Source: an uncultured bacterium
GTDB taxonomy: Bacteria; Actinomycetota; Acidimicrobiia; Spongiisociales; UBA5794
DNA length: 64,000 nt
Direction: 5' to 3'
Assembly: GCA_963801165.1 (NCBI GenBank)
Contig: CAWDDT010000006.1
Span: 544,001 to 608,000, forward strand
How positions within the stretch are numbered: the first letter of the stretch is position 1; every line of letters starts with the position of its first letter. The position numbers and the translations under genes were made by a program. This document shows positions 1 through 8,791 of this stretch, piece after piece. Below the pieces are notes generated by a model. The model was given only the letters and a program-made list of their open reading frames with translations, made no database searches and was not told the DNA's origin.

Positions 1-90
1 CACAACCTCGTATCCGGCGCGCAACCAGTGGAGCCCGGCGCGCCTCAGCCCCATGCGCAGTGCATCCCTGTATTCGCGGTCCTGTTCCAT
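1..90 (-). CDS. Hypothetical protein, 5' part only (runs off the window)
   Basis: ATG at 90-88 preceded by GAGG; reads MEQDREYRDALRMGLRRAGLHWLRAGYEVV with no stop before the window edge; co-oriented with the ArsA-family gene. Confidence 0.6.
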   Translation of the reverse strand, partial: MEQDREYRDALRMGLRRAGLHWLRAGYEVV

Positions 91-139
91 GGTTAGCCTC
101 GTTTCGGTTCCAACAGGCTAGTTGCCCTCCAACCCAGCA

Positions 140-160
140 GCAGTTTCCGCAGGAAACTGC
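140..160. other. Inverted repeat (hairpin or operator)
   Basis: GCAGTTTCC-gca-GGAAACTGC, perfect 9-bp arms in an intergenic region. Confidence 0.45.
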
Positions 161-186
161 AAACGGACCGGCGAAGCCGATCCGCG

Positions 187-218
187 TCATCCTTCCAGAC
201 TGATCATCCTTCCAGACT
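187..218. repeat. Direct repeat of 15 bp, period 17, duplicating the ArsA gene 3' end
   Basis: TCATCCTTCCAGACT at 187-201 and 204-218. Confidence 0.85.
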
Positions 219-1373
219 AAAGGTGATCCGCAGTTCCCCTTCGAGCAACTGCGCTCGCCGCACGTGACGTCGTGCCAGTGAGTCCGGCAGGATGATGGCC
301 CTCCGGTAGGGGCCAACGGTCACGACCATCTCACTTCCGTGTCTCACCACGTCGACATCGCCTTTCTCTGCGAGCGGGACGCCGATGATCAGAACCACGT
401 CCTCTCCCACGTCCTCGACCCGGAACGGCCGGCCTTCGGACAGCCGACCCGCCGGGTCGTCGTCCCCGAAAAGGGTCTCTCCGACAACCCGCAGCCGATC
501 CATGCCCACCATCTCTTCGTCGAAAAGCGGAACGTGGCGGATGTCGATCCCGGCGAATCCTTCGGCAACGGTGGCCAGGTGTTCCTTCTGGATCTCACGC
601 CATTTGGCGAAGTAGCTGTCGGTGACGCTCTCGGGAAGGACGCGGTTGACGATCGCGGAATCCACCGCATAGCCGAAGAGCCCCAGGTAGGTATAGGTGC
701 GCCGGGCCTCGGCGATCACCATCTTCTCGGGGTTCATCACCAACCGGGCACTGGTCACCTCGGGATCGGCGAGGATCTCGCGAATGCCGTCGAGCCGATC
801 GTAGAAACGCGCCACCGCCTCGAACACCTTGTCGTCGGCGACCGGCATCGAAGTCACCTTCGTCATGATCGGTCGCACGACTTTGGCGACGCGGCGACCG
901 ATCGGGAACATCTTCTCCATATACCACGACAGCACCTCGGGGAGGCTCAGAAGTCGCAGCGTCTCGGCGGTGGGGGCGCAGTCGACCACGACGACGTCGT
1001 ACTCGCCGGAACGGGCGTGATCCCGCACGGTGGCGAGCGAGAAAATCTCATCCATACCGGGGAACACTGTGAGCTCCTCGGCCTCGATACCCTTGAGCCC
1101 CGACCAGTCGAACAGCTCGGTCAGGGCATCGCGAACCTCCCCCCAGGAGTCCTCGAGCCGTTGCTGTGCGTTTATCTGTTGTGCTGCGAGCGACGGGGCA
1201 AGAATCGTCGGCTGATCGCCGAGCTCCACCTGGAACGCATCGGCGAGGGAGTGAGCCGGATCCGTTGACATGACTAGCGTGCGATAGCCGAGATCGGAAG
1301 CGCGGACGGCAGTAGCGGCCGAGATGGTCGTCTTCCCAACGCCGCCCTTGCCGGTTACGAGGAGGACGCGCAT
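204..1373 (-). CDS. ArsA/GET3-family ATPase
   Basis: GKGGVGKTT P-loop, STDPAHSL and VVDCAPT motifs; HSP20-like C-terminal extension typical of the actinobacterial subfamily. Confidence 0.93.
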   Translation of the reverse strand: MRVLLVTGKGGVGKTTISAATAVRASDLGYRTLVMSTDPAHSLADAFQVELGDQPTILAPSLAAQQINAQQRLEDSWGEVRDALTELFDWSGLKGIEAEELTVFPGMDEIFSLATVRDHARSGEYDVVVVDCAPTAETLRLLSLPEVLSWYMEKMFPIGRRVAKVVRPIMTKVTSMPVADDKVFEAVARFYDRLDGIREILADPEVTSARLVMNPEKMVIAEARRTYTYLGLFGYAVDSAIVNRVLPESVTDSYFAKWREIQKEHLATVAEGFAGIDIRHVPLFDEEMVGMDRLRVVGETLFGDDDPAGRLSEGRPFRVEDVGEDVVLIIGVPLAEKGDVDVVRHGSEMVVTVGPYRRAIILPDSLARRHVRRAQLLEGELRITFSLEG

Positions 1374-1383
1374 GGGTGCGTCA

Positions 1384-1824
1384 TCAGAGCGACTCGGCGC
1401 GTTTCTTCAAACCACGGAGGGCATTGCTGACGATCTGCTTCTCGGCCTGACGGCGCAGAAAACCGGGCACCGTGAACGCCGGGTCGACCTTGAGCGCATA
1501 GAGGACCTCCGTACCGCCTTCCTCGAGCTCGGCGAAGCGGTAGCTCCCCTCCATCGCCTTGATGTCCTTACCCGGCTCCGCCGACCATGAGAACCCGTCG
1601 TCGAGGTCATAGCGATACACCAGCGTGTACGAGATTTCCTTGATCATGGCATCGGCAACGAACGAGACACGGGTGGGCCTTCCTTGCTCGTCCTCCGCCT
1701 CGATCTCGACTTCCTTGACCCCCGTTGCCCATTCCGGGTAGGCCTCGAGATCTAGGGCTACCTCGTAGATCGTCTGGACATCGGCCGAGACCTCGATGCT
1801 CTGGACCGTGCCTTCCATTGCCAT
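1384..1824 (-). CDS. SRPBCC/START (polyketide cyclase-like) family protein
   Basis: D.E.YPEW..GVKEVEI motif; C-terminal 'ALRGLKKRAE' helix; commonly next to ArsA-family genes in Actinomycetota. Confidence 0.88.
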   Translation of the reverse strand: MAMEGTVQSIEVSADVQTIYEVALDLEAYPEWATGVKEVEIEAEDEQGRPTRVSFVADAMIKEISYTLVYRYDLDDGFSWSAEPGKDIKAMEGSYRFAELEEGGTEVLYALKVDPAFTVPGFLRRQAEKQIVSNALRGLKKRAESL

Positions 1825-1848
1825 ACGTCAATCCTTCCGCTGCTCGCA

Positions 1849-1890
1849 ATTGCAAGCGTAGTCGCCATAACGCTTACTATTGCAAGCATA
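1849..1890. promoter_or_regulatory. Pair of 12-bp direct repeats upstream of SRPBCC-arsA (putative operator)
   Basis: ATTGCAAGCGTA (1849-1860) and ATTGCAAGCATA (1879-1890), 30 bp apart, in an AT-rich intergenic segment. Confidence 0.45.
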
Positions 1891-1895
1891 ATTGG

Positions 1896-2633
1896 TTACC
1901 TGGTTGCCCGAATCCAGTCAAAGGTCAACACGTAGTCGACCACTTCGTCCGGATCCGGATAAGTCTCGTCGAACGCTATCAGCCCGGAACGCAGCTCTTC
2001 GTCGGTAATCAGCTGCAGGGTGCTCACGAATCCGGCCTCGGCGGCGGCTCGCCATACCCGCGCCGGCATCTCCCGGTGCTCGACTTCACGACCCGTCTTG
2101 ACGAGCGCACCCCGACTGGCCAGATACCTCGCAATTTGCTCCGGTGGCGGGAACCGGTCGGTATCGATTGCGCCGACCGACGGGAACCACTTCGTCAGAA
2201 AGGACGATCGGTGATGCTCAGCGCCCATGGTCCATATCCAGCACTTCCCAGCGGGACGGAGCACCCGGAGGGCCTCATCGAGCGATCGTCGCCAGTCGCC
2301 GTAATGGATGGACAGATGAAAGTAGACGAGGCTCATTAGGGACGACGCAAACGGCAGCTGCTGTGCGACCGCCCTCACGGGGAGAACACCGCGTCGGCCG
2401 GCGGCAACGGTGGCCATCCCTCGGGCTGGATCAGCGACGAGGGCGAGCGCACCGAGATCTGCCCACACCGCGGCATGCGCACCACGCCCACCTCCGATAT
2501 CGACAGCGATGTCACCCGCACCCAGGCTGACAGAGCGCGCCGCACGGCGTGCCCGGGCCAGACCCTGGGGAGACGCCGGACGATGGGCGTACCCTGCCGC
2601 GAGCCCCTCGAGATCAACCGGCATCGTGTACAT
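1896..2633 (-). CDS. Class I SAM-dependent methyltransferase
   Basis: VDIGGGRG motif I, AQQLPFA, LDEALRVLRPAG; start placed at ATG 2633 (or 2624) overlapping the upstream gene end. Confidence 0.85.
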   Translation of the reverse strand: MYTMPVDLEGLAAGYAHRPASPQGLARARRAARSVSLGAGDIAVDIGGGRGAHAAVWADLGALALVADPARGMATVAAGRRGVLPVRAVAQQLPFASSLMSLVYFHLSIHYGDWRRSLDEALRVLRPAGKCWIWTMGAEHHRSSFLTKWFPSVGAIDTDRFPPPEQIARYLASRGALVKTGREVEHREMPARVWRAAAEAGFVSTLQLITDEELRSGLIAFDETYPDPDEVVDYVLTFDWIRATR

Positions 2634-3375
2634 AGGGCCGGCCGGTCGCCCGGAAGTATCCGACGTTGATACAACGCGTCCTTCCGATGGTCCACGACAC
2701 CGCTTGTGGTTGATGGATGTCGCCGAAGTAGTGAATCCGGGGTTGGTGATCCTCGATGTAGCTGAGTACCGCAGGTGAGCCTTTGACCTTTCCACCGATC
2801 ACATCTGTGGCCAGCGGAGCAATCGCCGGAGCTACGTGGGTGCAAAGGATGTCAACCGGTCCCACGGCTGCCAGCCGGCCGGTCATCACATCGTCTGCAA
2901 TCTCGCCCGGCGAGTTGATCGAGAGGACACCACCTCCGACCATGCCGAAGGTCTCTCCCTCCAGCTCGAACCGCTCTGCCTCGACAAAACGCACCCGCCG
3001 GGGCAGGTGGCGCCGCATCACCTCGGGATTGTCGACGTTTCCGTAGGTGACGTAGGCATCTGCGTCGGCGAGCGGAAGGCAGATCTCCTCATAGGCGGCG
3101 GCGATGGCGATCGAATAGCGATGCCGGTACTCCTCTTCTCTGCCTCTGGTGTACTCCCGCCACAGCTCCCCGGCCGCGGTGAAATCCCCCGCAGTCCGCA
3201 GCCGGACCATCGCGGCGACGAATTCCCCACCTGCCACGTCACCGACGATTCCCTCGTTGTTCCGATAGTCGATGAAGTTGATCAGGTCACCGAGGATGAG
3301 CAGCGGACCCGGTTCGGCTGCGACTCGACGCAGAGCTGCAACCGCACCATGAACGTCAGAGATGACGCGGATCAA
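2614..3375 (-). CDS. Metallophosphoesterase (calcineurin-like, Icc-related)
   Basis: ISDVHG, LGDLIN, YGNVD, LCTHVAP and FGDIHQP motifs; TTG start overlaps the upstream TGA (TTGA). Confidence 0.88.
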   Translation of the reverse strand: MIRVISDVHGAVAALRRVAAEPGPLLILGDLINFIDYRNNEGIVGDVAGGEFVAAMVRLRTAGDFTAAGELWREYTRGREEEYRHRYSIAIAAAYEEICLPLADADAYVTYGNVDNPEVMRRHLPRRVRFVEAERFELEGETFGMVGGGVLSINSPGEIADDVMTGRLAAVGPVDILCTHVAPAIAPLATDVIGGKVKGSPAVLSYIEDHQPRIHYFGDIHQPQAVSWTIGRTRCINVGYFRATGRPYVHDAG

Positions 3376-3677
3376 GCCGAACCACCGTCCGCTTCTTCCT
3401 CGACGCCGAGATAGCGCCCGAGGAGCACCATCGCCACCGCACCTGCCACTGCCCCGGCAATGCCGAGCACCGTGCTGCCCCCGGCGTACGAAGCCGACAT
3501 TCCTCCGAGCCCGAAGCCGGAAACGGCAGCGACCACACTCCGACCGGCGAGACCGAACCGGACCTCCGGATCGAGGCTCTCCTTGCCGGCAACTGCCGTG
3601 GCCACCATGCCGAGAATCACCCAAGCGATTATCCCGAGAACGCCGAGAATTGTGGCTACTGCGTACACCCCTACCAA
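3372..3677 (-). CDS. Small membrane protein (about 3 TM)
   Basis: Hydrophobic segments; TTG start inferred; stop coupled to the next gene. Confidence 0.65.
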   Translation of the reverse strand: MVGVYAVATILGVLGIIAWVILGMVATAVAGKESLDPEVRFGLAGRSVVAAVSGFGLGGMSASYAGGSTVLGIAGAVAGAVAMVLLGRYLGVEEEADGGSA

Positions 3678-3708
3678 CCTGGGTCTTCCTCTCTGTGCCG
3701 GCTCATTC

Positions 3709-4845
3709 TCATCGGTCGTCGCCCTGCTCGTGTGAAGGGTAGACCTCGACAAGAGCCCGATCGATCTCGTCCAGAACATCAGGTTCCGGTTCGTCTTCCC
3801 GACGGCCCGAGAGCTGACGCCCGGCAATGTCGCCGCCGATCCTCCCCAGCGCCCACGCCGCATGGGAGCGAAGCACCGGGTCGGCACCGCCGAGCAACAC
3901 CGCCAGAGTCGCAATTGCCTCGCTCTTGTCGGGACCGTCCACCTGCCCGTGCCAGCTGTTGCCTAGAGCGAGGATGGCGTTGCGACGCAGGATGCGTGGG
4001 CGTCTCCCCGGCATATAGAAATGGTCATAGCGGGCCAGCAGGGTCTCGTCGTCTGCCGCAAGCAGCCCGAGGAGATCGACACGTCCCCTAATGGGCAGAT
4101 CGATGGTGAGCTGCTTGTGACCGGGAGGACAGGCATCCAGGCAATCGTCGCAACCGTAGACGCGATCGCCGAGTGGCACTCGCAGCTCTTCGGGAAACGA
4201 CCCGGCGGTCTGTAGCCAATGAGCGAGACAGCGCGACGCATCGAGAACACCGGGGGCCACAATGGCACCTGTCGGGCAGGCAGGAATACAGGCAACGCAC
4301 GAACCGCAGTCCCTACGCATCGGCGAATCCGCATCGAGGTCGGCGTCGGTGACAACCGACCCGAGTAAGAGCCACGGACCGTGTCTGGGGTCGAGCGCCA
4401 TTGTGCTCTTCCCCCACCAGACGATCCCTGCTCGTACCGCGGCCGCTCTATCGACGAGCCGGTCGTCGTCGATCAGCACCTCGCCACGATGACCCGACCC
4501 GGCGAGCGCCGCCCGCACCTCGCCCGCTGCCCTGCGGAGGCCCGTGTAGTGGTCGGCGGTAGCGAACCGGGCAACACGACCGGTCCCGGGCTCGTCACTC
4601 CCGGGGGAGCCACCAGCTGGCAGGTAGGCCCAGGAGACGGCGACGATGCTGCGCGCCCACGAAAAGGAGCGCCGCACATCCGACGCCCGCTCCGGATCCT
4701 TGTAGGTGAACCGGCGCCGACCCGAGAGACCCTCCCGGTCGCGCTCGGATAGCGTATCGGCGACCCCGACAAAGCCGTCGGCAGTCGTTACCCCGAAGCC
4801 GGCACAGCCGGCGTCCATCGCTATCCGCCGCAATTCCTCTTTCAT
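3709..4845 (-). CDS. queG: tRNA epoxyqueuosine(34) reductase
   Basis: CGSCVACIPACPTGAI and YGCDDCLDACP 4Fe-4S motifs, GRVARFA..DHY, GPWLLLGSVVT, C-terminal HEAT repeat. Confidence 0.93.
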   Translation of the reverse strand: MKEELRRIAMDAGCAGFGVTTADGFVGVADTLSERDREGLSGRRRFTYKDPERASDVRRSFSWARSIVAVSWAYLPAGGSPGSDEPGTGRVARFATADHYTGLRRAAGEVRAALAGSGHRGEVLIDDDRLVDRAAAVRAGIVWWGKSTMALDPRHGPWLLLGSVVTDADLDADSPMRRDCGSCVACIPACPTGAIVAPGVLDASRCLAHWLQTAGSFPEELRVPLGDRVYGCDDCLDACPPGHKQLTIDLPIRGRVDLLGLLAADDETLLARYDHFYMPGRRPRILRRNAILALGNSWHGQVDGPDKSEAIATLAVLLGGADPVLRSHAAWALGRIGGDIAGRQLSGRREDEPEPDVLDEIDRALVEVYPSHEQGDDR

Positions 4846-4890
4846 CCGTATCCGAGTTTCATCCGTATCCGAGTTTCATCCGTACCCGAG
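4840..4890. repeat. Three tandem 17-bp repeats spanning the queG start codon
   Basis: TTTCATCCGTATCCGAG twice (4840-4856, 4857-4873) then TTTCATCCGTACCCGAG (4874-4890). Confidence 0.9.
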
Positions 4891-4937
4891 CCTATCCGCG
4901 CCCAACGAATACCCTTGCGGCCCACCTACTCCCCTGG

Positions 4938-5135
4938 CTAGCCGGTCCCCCTCTTGTCGATGGGCACCAAACGCAGCGGGGTGACGAGACCGGCGTCGGC
5001 CAGGTTGTCCAGGGCGGTCGCTTCGTCGTCACCGAGATCAAAGGGACCGGACATCTGATTGAGCAGCACTGGAACAATGCACTCGTCACACGCCGTGGTC
5101 GCCCGTAGCTCGCATGTGTTGCAATCGATGATCAT
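4938..5135 (-). CDS. Small cysteine-rich conserved actinobacterial protein (65 aa)
   Basis: MIIDCNTC...ACDECIV and 'ALDNLADAGLVTPLRL'; GGAGG upstream. Confidence 0.75.
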   Translation of the reverse strand: MIIDCNTCELRATTACDECIVPVLLNQMSGPFDLGDDEATALDNLADAGLVTPLRLVPIDKRGTG

Positions 5136-5244
5136 TTGCCAACGCCTCCTCTTGGGAACTCCCGCCAACATATCCACAGGCTGTGACAGAAAACGGAGCG
5201 GCGCCCGTGGTACCTTCTGCCGCACCCCGAGCGAGAGGGACGGA

Positions 5245-6276
5245 GTGAAGCTCGCGATCAATATCGGCTACTGGGCAGGCGCCTCCGGAACGGATCTTGC
5301 CTTCATCGAAGAAGCCGAGCGTCTCGAGTACGACTCGGTCTGGGTAGCGGAGGCCTGGGGCTCCGATGCCGTCACGGTGCTGGCGTGGATCGCCGCCCGC
5401 ACCAGCAAGGTCAGGGTCGGGTCGGCCATCCTGCAAATGCCTGCCAGAACACCGGCGATGACGGCTATGACGGCAGTGACCCTCAACGAGTTGAGCGGCG
5501 GGCGGTTCCTACTAGGTCTCGGGATGTCGGGGCCGCAAGTTGTCGAGGGCTGGCATGGTGTTCCCTACGGCAAGCCGTTGGCCAAGACCCGCGAGTACGT
5601 GGCGATCGTGAGGCAGGCAATCGCACGTGATGAGAAGCTGACCCACGACGGCGCCAACTATCAGATCCCATACCGGGGCATTGATGCCACAGGTCTCGGC
5701 AAGCCGCTGCGGCTCATGACCCACCCCACCCACCCGGTCTCGATCTACCTGGCGGCGATCGGCCCCAAGAACGTGACATTGACCGCCGAGATCGCAGACG
5801 GTTGGCTGCCGATCTTCTACTCCCCGGACCAGTCGGCGTCGATCTACGATCCGCTCCTCAGCAGCGGTTTTGCCATCGCGGACGATCCCGACAAGGCATC
5901 ACGATTCGACACCGTGGCCACACTCCAGGCCATAGAGACAGATGACCTCGAGTCCGCCAGGAATCGCATCAAGCCGATGCTGGCGCTCTACATAGGTGGG
6001 ATGGGTGCCAAGGGCCGCAACTTCTACAACGACCTCGCCTGCCGCTACGGCTACGAGGAGAGCGCAGCGCGGATTCAGGATCTCTATCTCGACGGCAAGA
6101 CGATGGGGGCAGTCACCGCGGTGCCCGATGCGTTGGTCGACGAGCTCAGCCTCATCGGCACCCGGGCGATGATCCGGGATCGTCTCGAAGCGTGGCAGGA
6201 GTCGCCTGTGACGACCCTAGCGCTGATGCCGACGGACCCGGGAACCATGCGTACCCTCGCCGAGTTGGTGCTCTGA
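5245..6276 (+). CDS. LLM-class F420-dependent oxidoreductase
   Basis: VWVAEAWGSD, LSGGRFLLGLGMSGPQVVEGWHG, IYLAAIGPKN motifs; GTG start with upstream GAGGG. Confidence 0.92.
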   Translation: MKLAINIGYWAGASGTDLAFIEEAERLEYDSVWVAEAWGSDAVTVLAWIAARTSKVRVGSAILQMPARTPAMTAMTAVTLNELSGGRFLLGLGMSGPQVVEGWHGVPYGKPLAKTREYVAIVRQAIARDEKLTHDGANYQIPYRGIDATGLGKPLRLMTHPTHPVSIYLAAIGPKNVTLTAEIADGWLPIFYSPDQSASIYDPLLSSGFAIADDPDKASRFDTVATLQAIETDDLESARNRIKPMLALYIGGMGAKGRNFYNDLACRYGYEESAARIQDLYLDGKTMGAVTAVPDALVDELSLIGTRAMIRDRLEAWQESPVTTLALMPTDPGTMRTLAELVL

Positions 6277-6500
6277 CCGAGGACGCCATTGGTCTGTCCC
6301 GGACGATGCAGGACTTCATGGTCCCGCTCGGCCCGACATCCCAGTGACGTGGTCTGGGCGCGACCCGACGGACCAGCATCCCGCAGATTATGGCGAAACG
6401 GTCAGCGTGGGAGGCACACCCTGGACATACCTTCGACCGGTTCGGCGGCTTCTCCCTCCCTACCCCGACCCTAGGCCGTCGCCGTTTGTGGCTCGGTTGT

Positions 6501-6526
6501 GCAACGCTGAGGCCCTGTTGAGCGTT
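6501..6526 (+). promoter_or_regulatory. Putative ECF sigma promoter (autoregulatory)
   Basis: GCAAC-N17-CGTT matches the general ECF -35 AAC / -10 CGT pattern, just upstream of an ECF sigma gene. Confidence 0.5.
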
Positions 6527-6543
6527 TCACGGGCGATGGGAAC

Positions 6544-7017
6544 ATGACGGATCGGGAGATCTATGAGGAATTGCAGGGTCCGCTGATGCGTTTTGCGGCT
6601 TCCCTCGTGGGTCCTCAGAACGCCGGCGATCTGGTCTCAGAAGCCGTCGTCGCCACTTTGGGCAACCGACCTAACGTCTACCGCACCCTAACGTCTCTCG
6701 AATACCCACAGGCGTACCTGATGAAGGCGGTGCTCAATCGAGCCCGGTCATGGGGACGGCGGGCACAGACGGAGCGACAGGCGCTGGCTCGTATCGACGC
6801 GCCGACGCCGGGGGCAGACCCCGCCGATGCGATTCTGGTGGATCTATCCCGAACGGTTGCCCGGCTCCCCGTACGGCAACGGGCAGCCATCCATCTCGTC
6901 TATTGGGAGGACCTCACCCCAACCGAGGCCGCCGCCCTGCTGGGCATCCGCCCGGCAACGCTTCGTCGCTACCTGCACCTGGCCCGAAGGAGATTGCGGG
7001 GGTATCTCGATGAGTGA
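6544..7017 (+). CDS. ECF RNA polymerase sigma factor
   Basis: Region 2 (AGDLVSEA, AYLMKAVLNRA) and region 4 (LPVRQRAAIHLVYWEDL..TEAAALLGI...LRR). Confidence 0.9.
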   Translation: MTDREIYEELQGPLMRFAASLVGPQNAGDLVSEAVVATLGNRPNVYRTLTSLEYPQAYLMKAVLNRARSWGRRAQTERQALARIDAPTPGADPADAILVDLSRTVARLPVRQRAAIHLVYWEDLTPTEAAALLGIRPATLRRYLHLARRRLRGYLDE

Positions 7018-8659
7018 TGACCGATACCGAGCCGTCGCCCGCCGTGGTCTAGCCCCTCTCCAACAGGATGTGCCGGAAGGACCCGAGTTCGAGGAGCTCG
7101 CCAACCGGCCCGCATCGCTGCAAACGGGCAGACAGACCCGCGCGGGATGGCTCGTCGCGGTAGCCGCCGCTCTCGTCACCCTTGCCGCGATCGGAGCCAC
7201 GGCTCTCATCCACCACCAGGGAGCAACCTCTGCACCGACCGCACCGACATTCGATGCCACGAGGGCCGCCGACGCAGCGGGCGAATGGTGGACGGCCGTC
7301 ATCGCCGGCAACCTCGATGAAGCCGCGACGCTCGCCCACCCCGACGGGACCTTCAACTATTCGGGGCTCGCCGAGATGCTCGACAGCATCGGCCGCCCGG
7401 TCACGTTCTCGATGGGCACCGAGCGCTTTGGATCGAGCGATCAACCCCAGCTCTGCGTCACGATCGACGGACAATCGAGCAGGTTCCAGGGGTCGGTGGT
7501 ATTCCGGCCTGTAGACGGAGCGTGGCGGCCGTGGGAGGTCCATACCCATACCGATGGCTGCACCGACGAGGACCCGTCTATCACGACAACCGAGCTACCC
7601 GCCACAACCACGACAATCGGGGCTGGTCCGCCGCCCGATGCAAGCATCGAGCAGCTGGCAGGAGCATTCGCCGCCTGCCCGGATCGGCCGGACAACTTCG
7701 CTCCCCCGTCCGAATACGTGGCATCGGCGACGAGCTGGATGAGGCTCGAGGAGGTACGTGGGCACGACGACAGCACGCAGACCTCGCCGGCGACGGTGAT
7801 CGTGCAGGACCACCCGAACACATCTGCCACCGAGCGAGAGGTGCGTATCACCGGCTCGTACTGGCCCGGTATCGAGTGGGCACTGGCTAACGGCGGCGAG
7901 GTGTGGCTCGCCATGGCCGACCCCAATGGCCTGGCATACGACAATATCGTTGCCTACGTGCTGGTGTTGACGGCCGATGGCAGAGCCTTCTTCCCAGGCG
8001 ACTGCCAGCACCTGATTCTCTACGAGCCGCTCCGGCAGACCCTCGGCGACCGGTTCGACGAGATCATGCGGACGCTGCCGTGGAAGACCGGCAACCAGCT
8101 GAGCTCAGCTCTCGCCGGCTCCCCCTGCCCGGTGACTGCCGATCCAGTAGCGACCGTTGACATCGACGGCGACGGCCACGCCGATGAGATCTACCTGGAG
8201 CAAATCGTCGATGGGACCTACGAGCTCACGATCTGTGGGCCGGGTATCTCCACCAGCTTGAACGTGGACGGCGCCAACAAACCACCCGGATATGAGGGCG
8301 TCCTCGACATCGACGGCGACGGCCATGGCGAGATCTTCTACTCGGGTGCCTACGGCGCCGGCATCATCTACTTTGCCACCACAATGGTCGACGGAATTCT
8401 GACTCCGGTCGACTTCTCATGGACCCTGACTATCGACAACGACGGTACATCGCCGTTCAACGGATCGAGCTTCGCTTGCGACACGGGCACGATCCGTACA
8501 TTGCGATTCGAACCGGAAGGCTCTCAGGTGCTGATCACGCGTGTGTCGATAGGGATCCAGGGCACGCAAGTCACTGAGACTCAGGACGAGAGCTATACCC
8601 TCGATGTCACCGCCGCATACAAACTCTGGGAGGGCTACCGGCGCTGCTTCGGCCAGTAG
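7010..8659 (+). CDS. Single-pass membrane protein (putative anti-sigma) with a modular extracellular region and FG-GAP-like repeats
   Basis: Overlaps the sigma gene end; short N-terminus, TM helix (WLVAVAAALVTLAAIGATAL), Thr-rich linker, two DIDGDGH..EI motifs. Confidence 0.7.
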   Translation: MSDDRYRAVARRGLAPLQQDVPEGPEFEELANRPASLQTGRQTRAGWLVAVAAALVTLAAIGATALIHHQGATSAPTAPTFDATRAADAAGEWWTAVIAGNLDEAATLAHPDGTFNYSGLAEMLDSIGRPVTFSMGTERFGSSDQPQLCVTIDGQSSRFQGSVVFRPVDGAWRPWEVHTHTDGCTDEDPSITTTELPATTTTIGAGPPPDASIEQLAGAFAACPDRPDNFAPPSEYVASATSWMRLEEVRGHDDSTQTSPATVIVQDHPNTSATEREVRITGSYWPGIEWALANGGEVWLAMADPNGLAYDNIVAYVLVLTADGRAFFPGDCQHLILYEPLRQTLGDRFDEIMRTLPWKTGNQLSSALAGSPCPVTADPVATVDIDGDGHADEIYLEQIVDGTYELTICGPGISTSLNVDGANKPPGYEGVLDIDGDGHGEIFYSGAYGAGIIYFATTMVDGILTPVDFSWTLTIDNDGTSPFNGSSFACDTGTIRTLRFEPEGSQVLITRVSIGIQGTQVTETQDESYTLDVTAAYKLWEGYRRCFGQ

Positions 8660-8791
8660 GTCACCCGTCAAACGCTCACGGGCCCAAACGACCCACCCCA
8701 ATGAGGACGTGAACCGGTTGTCACCTCCCGGACCCCGAAAGAACCAGAGACTCGTTGAGCGGTGTCCGCCGAAGCTTGCGCACAATCAGAT

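Noticed and set aside
204-1373. Arsenic-resistance operon
   Set aside because: Single-domain ArsA/GET3 homologue with no arsR/B/C/D nearby; the context (SRPBCC, phosphoesterase) is the housekeeping actinobacterial one
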